Of a DNA stretch of 64,000 nt, positions 58,783 through 64,000 are shown piece by piece. The stretch comes from an uncultured Candidatus Rokubacteria bacterium (GTDB lineage: Bacteria > Methylomirabilota > Methylomirabilia > Rokubacteriales > DASRDR01). The stretch lies in contig CAWGVS010000012.1 of NCBI GenBank assembly GCA_963826115.1, forward strand, positions 704,001 through 768,000. Reading direction: 5' to 3'. The translations under genes were made by a program, and so were the position numbers. The number at the start of each line of letters is the position of its first letter. Position 1 is the first letter of the stretch. The notes beneath the pieces were generated by a model, which was not told where the DNA came from, made no database searches, and was given only the letters and a program-made list of their open reading frames with translations.

Positions 58783-59661
58783 ATGGGCGACGACGCGGCG
58801 TTCCGGGCGGGGGAGGCCATCCTTCTGATCGACCTCCGGCGCGGGAAGCGCCACCTGGTGACGCTCCGCGCCGGCCAGGCCTTCCACTCCGACCGCGGGT
58901 TCATTCCGCACGAGACGCTCGTCGGCGCGCCCGAGGGCGTGGTGGCGGTCACCACGCGCGGGGCCCGGTACCTGGCGCTCCGCCCGACCCTGGCCGAGTA
59001 CGTGCTCGAGATGCCGCGGGGCGCCCAGATCATCTACCCGAAGGACCTCGCGACGATCGCCCTCTTCGCGGACGCGGGCCCCGGCCAGACGATCGTCGAG
59101 GCCGGCATCGGCTCGGGGGCCCTCACGCTCGTCCTGCTCCGGCTCGTCGGCCCGACGGGCCGCGTGGTCGCCTACGAGGTGCGGGAGGAGTTCGCGCGGC
59201 GCGCCCAGCGCAACATCGAGGTGCGCGTCGGCGCCGGCGTGCCCCTGACGGTCCGTCTCCAGGACATCTACCAGGGGATCGAGGAGCGCGAGGTGGACCG
59301 CGTCCTCCTGGACCTGCCCGAGCCCTGGCGGATGGTGGAGCCCGCGGCCCAGGCCCTCCGCGCGGGCGGCATCTTCTGCGCGTACGTGCCCACGATCCCC
59401 CAGTCCCAGCGGGTCCACGAAGCCCTCGCCGCCCACCCGGCCTTCGCGCTGGCCGAGACGTTCGAGACGCTCCTCCGCCCGTGGAACATCGCCGGCCTGT
59501 CCGTCCGGCCGGCCCACCGCATGGTCGCGCACACCGGCTTTCTCACCCTGGCCCGCCGCGTCCAGCCGGCCGCCGGCGGCAGCCCGGGGTCCGCGCCGCC
59601 CGACGTGTCCCCCGAGGACGCCGAGCCGGCGGCCGACGACCCAGGCCCGGAGGTGGCGTGA
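58783..59661 (+). CDS. trmI: tRNA (adenine-N1)-methyltransferase
   Basis: MPRGAQIIYPKD, EAGIGSGALT, LDLPEPW, HRMVAHTGFL. Confidence 0.93.
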   Translation: MGDDAAFRAGEAILLIDLRRGKRHLVTLRAGQAFHSDRGFIPHETLVGAPEGVVAVTTRGARYLALRPTLAEYVLEMPRGAQIIYPKDLATIALFADAGPGQTIVEAGIGSGALTLVLLRLVGPTGRVVAYEVREEFARRAQRNIEVRVGAGVPLTVRLQDIYQGIEEREVDRVLLDLPEPWRMVEPAAQALRAGGIFCAYVPTIPQSQRVHEALAAHPAFALAETFETLLRPWNIAGLSVRPAHRMVAHTGFLTLARRVQPAAGGSPGSAPPDVSPEDAEPAADDPGPEVA

Positions 59662-61019
59662 TGCTGGAGGGCTTCTTCAGGCTGAAGGAGCACGGCACCA
59701 CCGTCGGCACCGAGGTGGTGGCGGGCCTCACGACGTTCATGGTGATGGCCTACATCATCTTCGTGAACCCGGCGATCCTGTCCTTCGCCGGGATTCCCGC
59801 GCTCCAGCCCCAGGGCGTTCCGTTCGCGCCAACCCTCGCGGCCACGTGCCTGGTGGCGGCCCTGTCGACCGCCGCGATGGGCCTGGTCACGAACTATCCC
59901 CTGGCCGTGGCGTCGGGGATGGGGCTCAACGCCGTCGTCGCCTTCCAGCTGATCGCGGCGCAGAAGCTCCCGTGGCAGGCGGCCATGGGCGTGATCTTCC
60001 TCGAGGGCTGCGTGATCACGCTGCTGGTCCTGGCCGGCGTGCGGGAGGCGGTGCTGAACGCGATCCCGCTCGCGCTGAAGCGGGCGATCTCGGTCGGGAT
60101 CGGCCTCTTCATCCTCTTCATCGGGCTGAACAACGGGGGCCTCGTCCGGCCCGGCCAGGGCATCCCGGTCACCCTGGGCGCCCTCACGACCCCGCGGGTC
60201 CTGGTGGCGATCGCGGGCCTGCTCCTGACGCTCTTCTTCCTGGCACGGGGCGTCCGCGCGGCGCTCCTCCTCGGGATCCTGGGCACGACGATTCTCGCGA
60301 TCCTGGTCAACACGCTCCACGGCGGGAGCGTGTGGACGATGCCCGGCGTCGCGGTGATGCCGGGGACGGTCGTGGCCTGGCCGGACTTCTCGACGCTCGG
60401 CGCCGGGATCAACTTCGAGGTCTTCGTCCGGCTGGGCGTCCTGGCCGCGGTCCTCGCGATCTTCTCGATCATGCTGTCGGACTTCTTCGACACGATCGGC
60501 ACCGTGGTGGGCATCGGGGCGGAGGCGCGCTGGCTCGACAAGGAGGGGCGGCTGCCGCGCATGAACCGGGTGCTCATGGTCGACTCGCTCGCCGCCGCCC
60601 TCGGCGGCGCGGCCAGCGCGTCGTCGGCGACGACCTACATCGAGTCGGCGGCGGGGGTGGCGGCCGGCGGCCGGACCGGGCTCACCTCGGTCGTCGTCGC
60701 GATCTGCTTCGCGCTCGCCCTCTTCGTCGCGCCGCTCGCGGGCGTCGTGCCGCCGGAGGCGACGGCCCCGGCGCTCATCATCGTGGGCTACCTCATGTGC
60801 GCGATCGTCCGCGAGATCCCGTTCACGGACCTGGAGGAGGGCTTCCCGGCGCTCCTCACCATGACGCTCATGCCGTTCTCGTACTCGATCACCAACGGGA
60901 TCGGGGCCGGGTTCGTGAGCTACGTGGTCATCAAGCTGGTGCGGGGCCGGGCCGGCGCCGTCCACCCGCTGCTCTACGCGGCGGCGGCCGCGTTCGTTCT
61001 GTACTTCGCGCTGCACTGA
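59661..61019 (+). CDS. NCS2/AzgA-family purine permease
   Basis: AGLTTFMVMAYIIFVNP, GMGLNA, TYIESAAGVAAGGRTGL. Confidence 0.95.
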   Translation: MLEGFFRLKEHGTTVGTEVVAGLTTFMVMAYIIFVNPAILSFAGIPALQPQGVPFAPTLAATCLVAALSTAAMGLVTNYPLAVASGMGLNAVVAFQLIAAQKLPWQAAMGVIFLEGCVITLLVLAGVREAVLNAIPLALKRAISVGIGLFILFIGLNNGGLVRPGQGIPVTLGALTTPRVLVAIAGLLLTLFFLARGVRAALLLGILGTTILAILVNTLHGGSVWTMPGVAVMPGTVVAWPDFSTLGAGINFEVFVRLGVLAAVLAIFSIMLSDFFDTIGTVVGIGAEARWLDKEGRLPRMNRVLMVDSLAAALGGAASASSATTYIESAAGVAAGGRTGLTSVVVAICFALALFVAPLAGVVPPEATAPALIIVGYLMCAIVREIPFTDLEEGFPALLTMTLMPFSYSITNGIGAGFVSYVVIKLVRGRAGAVHPLLYAAAAAFVLYFALH

Positions 61020-61063
61020 GCCGCGGGGGTCGGGCTGGGGCCGTGTGTTAGGCTAATCCCCCT

Positions 61064-62974
61064 ATGGCCATGATGACCTGGATGCGGCGCGTCTCGCCGT
61101 ATCTGCTCGCCGCGGTGCTCCTCGCGTTCATCGTCAGCCTCGCCTACTTCGGCACCCAGAGTGGCTCGGGGGGCAAGGGCGGCGGCGGGGCCGCCGTGGT
61201 GACGGTCAACGGGGACGTCGTCTCGGCCGTGACGTTCGACCGCGCCTACCGGGCGGCGGTGGAGCAGACCCGGCAGATGGCCGGCGACCGCTGGACGGAG
61301 GAGCTGCCCCGGATGCTCCGCCTCCGCGAGCAGGTGGTCGAGCGCCTGGTCGAGGAGCGTCTCGTCGCCCAGGGGGCGGGCCGCGAGGGCGTCGTCGTCT
61401 CCGACGCCGAGCTCGCCGAGCAGATCGTCCGCATCGGCGCCTTCCAGGAGGGCGGACGCTTCTCCCGCGACCGCTACGTGCGCCTCCTCGCGATGACGCA
61501 GCCGCCGATGACGCCAGGGGACTTCGAGACGGACTTTCGGGCGGAGCTGGTTCGCCAGCGCCTGCAGGCCCTCATCACGGGCGGCGCGACCGTCTCCCCG
61601 GCCGAGGTCCAGCAGGCCTGGGAGGCCGAGCGGAGCCGGGTGAAGGTCGGCTACCTCCTGATCGCCACCGGGACGGGCGACGGGCTCCAGGTGACCGACG
61701 CGGAGCTCGAGGCCTACCACAAGGCCCACCCCGCGGAGTTCACGCAGCCCGAGCGCCGGCGCGTGCTCGCGGCGGTCCTGCCGACCGCGAGCGTGCCGGC
61801 CCCCGCCGTCTCCGACGCCGACATCGAGGCGGCCTTCAAGGCCCGCCGGAGCCAGTTCGAGCAGCCGGCGCGGACGAAGGTCTCGCACGTTCTGATCAAG
61901 GTGCCGGCCGTCGGCGGGAGCGCGGCCGAGGACCAGGCGCGGGCCCGCGCGGAGACGGCGCTCACCCGGATCCGCGGCGGCGCCGACTTCGCCGCGGTGG
62001 CCAAGGAGATGTCGGAGGATCCCTCCACGGCGGGCCGGGGCGGCGACCTCGGGCTGATCGCCCAGGGTGAGCTCGTGCCCGAGGTCGACAAGCTGATCCA
62101 GAGCCTGAAGGCGGGCGAGGTGGGCGGTCCCATCCGGAGCCCGTTCGGCTACCACGTCGTCAAGGTGTTCGAGGTCGTGCCGGGCTCGCGGAAGGAGCTG
62201 AAGGAAGTCGCGCCCACCCTCCGCGCCACGCTGGCCGCCGAGGGGCAGATCAAGGCCCACCGGGACCGGGCGCAGGAGGCCCAGCGGGCGCTCCTGGTCG
62301 CGAGCGACTTCGCGGCGGAGGCCAAGAAGCTCGGCCTCACCGTGCGCGAGGCGGGGCCGCTGCGCCGGGGCGACGCGGTGGAGGGCGTCGGGCGCGTCGC
62401 CGAGGCGAGCGACGCCATCTTCGCGCTGCCGCCCGACGGGGTGAGCAGCCCCGTGCGCGTGCCCGAGGGGTACGCCATCTTCCGGCTCCTCCAGATCGAG
62501 CCCGCGCGCCCGCTGCCGCTTGCCGAGGCGCGCGCCGACGTGACCCGCGCCGTGCGCCGCCAGAAGGCGGTCGAGGAGGCGAAGGGCCGCGCCTCGACGC
62601 TCGCGGAGGCGGTGCGGAAGGGCGAGGACCCGCGCGCGCTCGCGCGGCAGGGCACCGCGACCTACGCGGACGTGGGGCCGTTCTCGCGGGCCGAGCCGCT
62701 GGGCGACCGCGCGCTCGGCCAGGTCGTGGGCCCGGCCGCGCTCGGGCTCCCCGAGGGCGGCGTCGGCGGGCCGATCGAGGGCCCCGGCGGCTTCTACGTC
62801 GTGAAGCTCCTCGGGCGCGAGCGTCCCGATCCGGCGGCCTTCGAGGCGGCGCGGCCGCAGGTCGAGGCCCGCCTCCTCCGCGAGAAGCGCGCGCGCCTCT
62901 GGCAGGCGTGGCTCGCCGCCGCGCGCGCGGGCGCGAAGGTCGAGATCAACCGCGAGATCCTGGGCGAGGCCTAG
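61064..62974 (+). CDS. PpiD/SurA-type peptidyl-prolyl isomerase chaperone
   Basis: N-terminal TM, SurA_N region, parvulin SHVLI...GGDLG...SPFGYHVV. Confidence 0.9.
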   Translation: MAMMTWMRRVSPYLLAAVLLAFIVSLAYFGTQSGSGGKGGGGAAVVTVNGDVVSAVTFDRAYRAAVEQTRQMAGDRWTEELPRMLRLREQVVERLVEERLVAQGAGREGVVVSDAELAEQIVRIGAFQEGGRFSRDRYVRLLAMTQPPMTPGDFETDFRAELVRQRLQALITGGATVSPAEVQQAWEAERSRVKVGYLLIATGTGDGLQVTDAELEAYHKAHPAEFTQPERRRVLAAVLPTASVPAPAVSDADIEAAFKARRSQFEQPARTKVSHVLIKVPAVGGSAAEDQARARAETALTRIRGGADFAAVAKEMSEDPSTAGRGGDLGLIAQGELVPEVDKLIQSLKAGEVGGPIRSPFGYHVVKVFEVVPGSRKELKEVAPTLRATLAAEGQIKAHRDRAQEAQRALLVASDFAAEAKKLGLTVREAGPLRRGDAVEGVGRVAEASDAIFALPPDGVSSPVRVPEGYAIFRLLQIEPARPLPLAEARADVTRAVRRQKAVEEAKGRASTLAEAVRKGEDPRALARQGTATYADVGPFSRAEPLGDRALGQVVGPAALGLPEGGVGGPIEGPGGFYVVKLLGRERPDPAAFEAARPQVEARLLREKRARLWQAWLAAARAGAKVEINREILGEA

Positions 62975-62992
62975 GGCGAGGCCCGCCGGGCG

Positions 62993-63400
62993 ATGCGGCT
63001 CCGCCGCGCCCACGCCGACTTCCTCGCGCTCCAGCGCGTTGCCCAGGTGGCGACCGTCGACCGACGGGGCGTCCCCCACGTCGTGCCCGTGTGCCTCGTG
63101 GTGGACGGCGGGCGGCTCTACTTCGCGTCCGGGAAGTCCGGTCGGAAGATCGCGAACCTCCAGGCGAACCCGAACGTCGCCGTGAGCGCCGACGAGTACA
63201 CCGAGTCGTGGGGCCGGCTCCGGGGCGTGGTCGTCACGGGCGCCGCGCGGGTCCACGCCCGGAACGCGACGTTCCGCCGGATCCGCCGCCGGCTCTACGC
63301 GAAGTACCCGCAGTACCCCGCCGAGGCGGCGATCGGCGACCGGGACTCGGTCGTGATCGAGGTCACGCCCCGGCGCGTCTACGCCTGGGGCTTCGACTAG
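62993..63400 (+). CDS. pyridoxamine 5'-phosphate oxidase-like (split barrel) protein
   Basis: VATVDRRGVPHVVPV, KIANLQANPNV. Confidence 0.88.
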   Translation: MRLRRAHADFLALQRVAQVATVDRRGVPHVVPVCLVVDGGRLYFASGKSGRKIANLQANPNVAVSADEYTESWGRLRGVVVTGAARVHARNATFRRIRRRLYAKYPQYPAEAAIGDRDSVVIEVTPRRVYAWGFD

Positions 63401-63428
63401 CCGATCGCGCGCGGGGCCGCGCCGGCCC

Positions 63429-64000
63429 TCACTGCTGGTAGCCGTACAGGCGCCAGACGCCCTGCTCGCGCCGCGCGACCTCGAGCTCGCGCTCCCAGAC
63501 GAAGAGGCGGAGCCACTGGCCCACCACCGCGAGCTGCCCCGTCACCTCGCCCGTCGTCCAGACCCACGCGTGCGCGCCGACGAGGCGCACCTCGTCGAGC
63601 TGGACGCGCGCCCGCACCTGCTGGTGGACCTGGAGGAGCGTGACGAGCTGCGTGCGGATCGAACGCTTCCCGAAGGGGCCCGTCCAGTACTCCTCGGAGA
63701 TCTGGGCGAGGACGCCCTCGGCGTCCCGGGCCTCGAAGCGCGCGACGGCCTGCGCGAGGGCGGCGCGAATCTCTTCGACGACCGCGCGCGGGGCCGGCGC
63801 GCCGGGGCGCGGCTCCGGCGCCGGGGTGGCCGGGGCCGCCGGCGCCGCGGGCCCCGCCTTCGCGGGCGGCGGGCGCGAGGGGGCGGGTGGGCCGGGCGCG
63901 GCAGGCCGCGAGGGTGGCGGAGGGACCGTCTGGGCCCGGGCCGGCCACGCGCGGCCGAGCGGGAGCGCGAGCCCGGCGAGCGCCAGGAGGGCCCGGCGCC
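63429..64000 (-). CDS. exported protein with probable Tat signal, Pro-rich linker and NTF2-like domain (start lies beyond the window)
   Basis: Frame is open from the window end: RRALLALAGLALPLGRAWPARAQ, then PA-rich linker, then EEIRAALAQAVARFEARDAEGVLAQISEEY...WRLYGYQQ*. Confidence 0.65.
   Translation of the reverse strand, partial: RRALLALAGLALPLGRAWPARAQTVPPPPSRPAAPGPPAPSRPPPAKAGPAAPAAPATPAPEPRPGAPAPRAVVEEIRAALAQAVARFEARDAEGVLAQISEEYWTGPFGKRSIRTQLVTLLQVHQQVRARVQLDEVRLVGAHAWVWTTGEVTGQLAVVGQWLRLFVWERELEVARREQGVWRLYGYQQ

Noticed and set aside
59600-59661. Purine riboswitch upstream of the NCS2 permease
   Set aside because: The gene is translationally coupled to trmI, leaving no leader space

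Overview
Very GC-rich bacterial chromosome segment containing the replication origin. Gene content and order are suggestive of Candidatus Rokubacteria / Methylomirabilota, but this is inference only. Minus strand, 1-12250: DUF507 pair, atpFHAGDC, mnmA, parAB with parS, rsmG, yidC, rnpA, rpmH. Plus strand: dnaA-oriC-dnaN-recF-gyrB-gyrA-serS. A small accessory zone follows (LysR with a chlorite-dismutase-family gene, a fucosyltransferase-like gene, and a frameshifted HTTM/DCC1 gene bracketed by a duplicated tRNA-Ser promoter plus 5' half). Then come all four tRNA-Ser isoacceptors, tRNA-Arg(ACG), trxC, tadA, a long Alu-type SRP RNA and dnaX-ybaB-recR. The right half holds catabolic genes, glcDEF, moaB, htrA, moeB, a polysaccharide cluster, an HD dNTPase with a nuclease-fold partner, gcdH, trmI, an NCS2 permease and a PpiD/SurA gene. 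The most notable signals are (1) a 261-nt group I intron splitting the anticodon of tRNA-Asn(GUU) between positions 35 and 36, (2) a rhodanese-MoeB gene with in-frame UGA at the conserved Cys followed by a SECIS-like hairpin, and (3) the 5'-half tRNA duplication. All calls come from reading the sequence; no searches were run.
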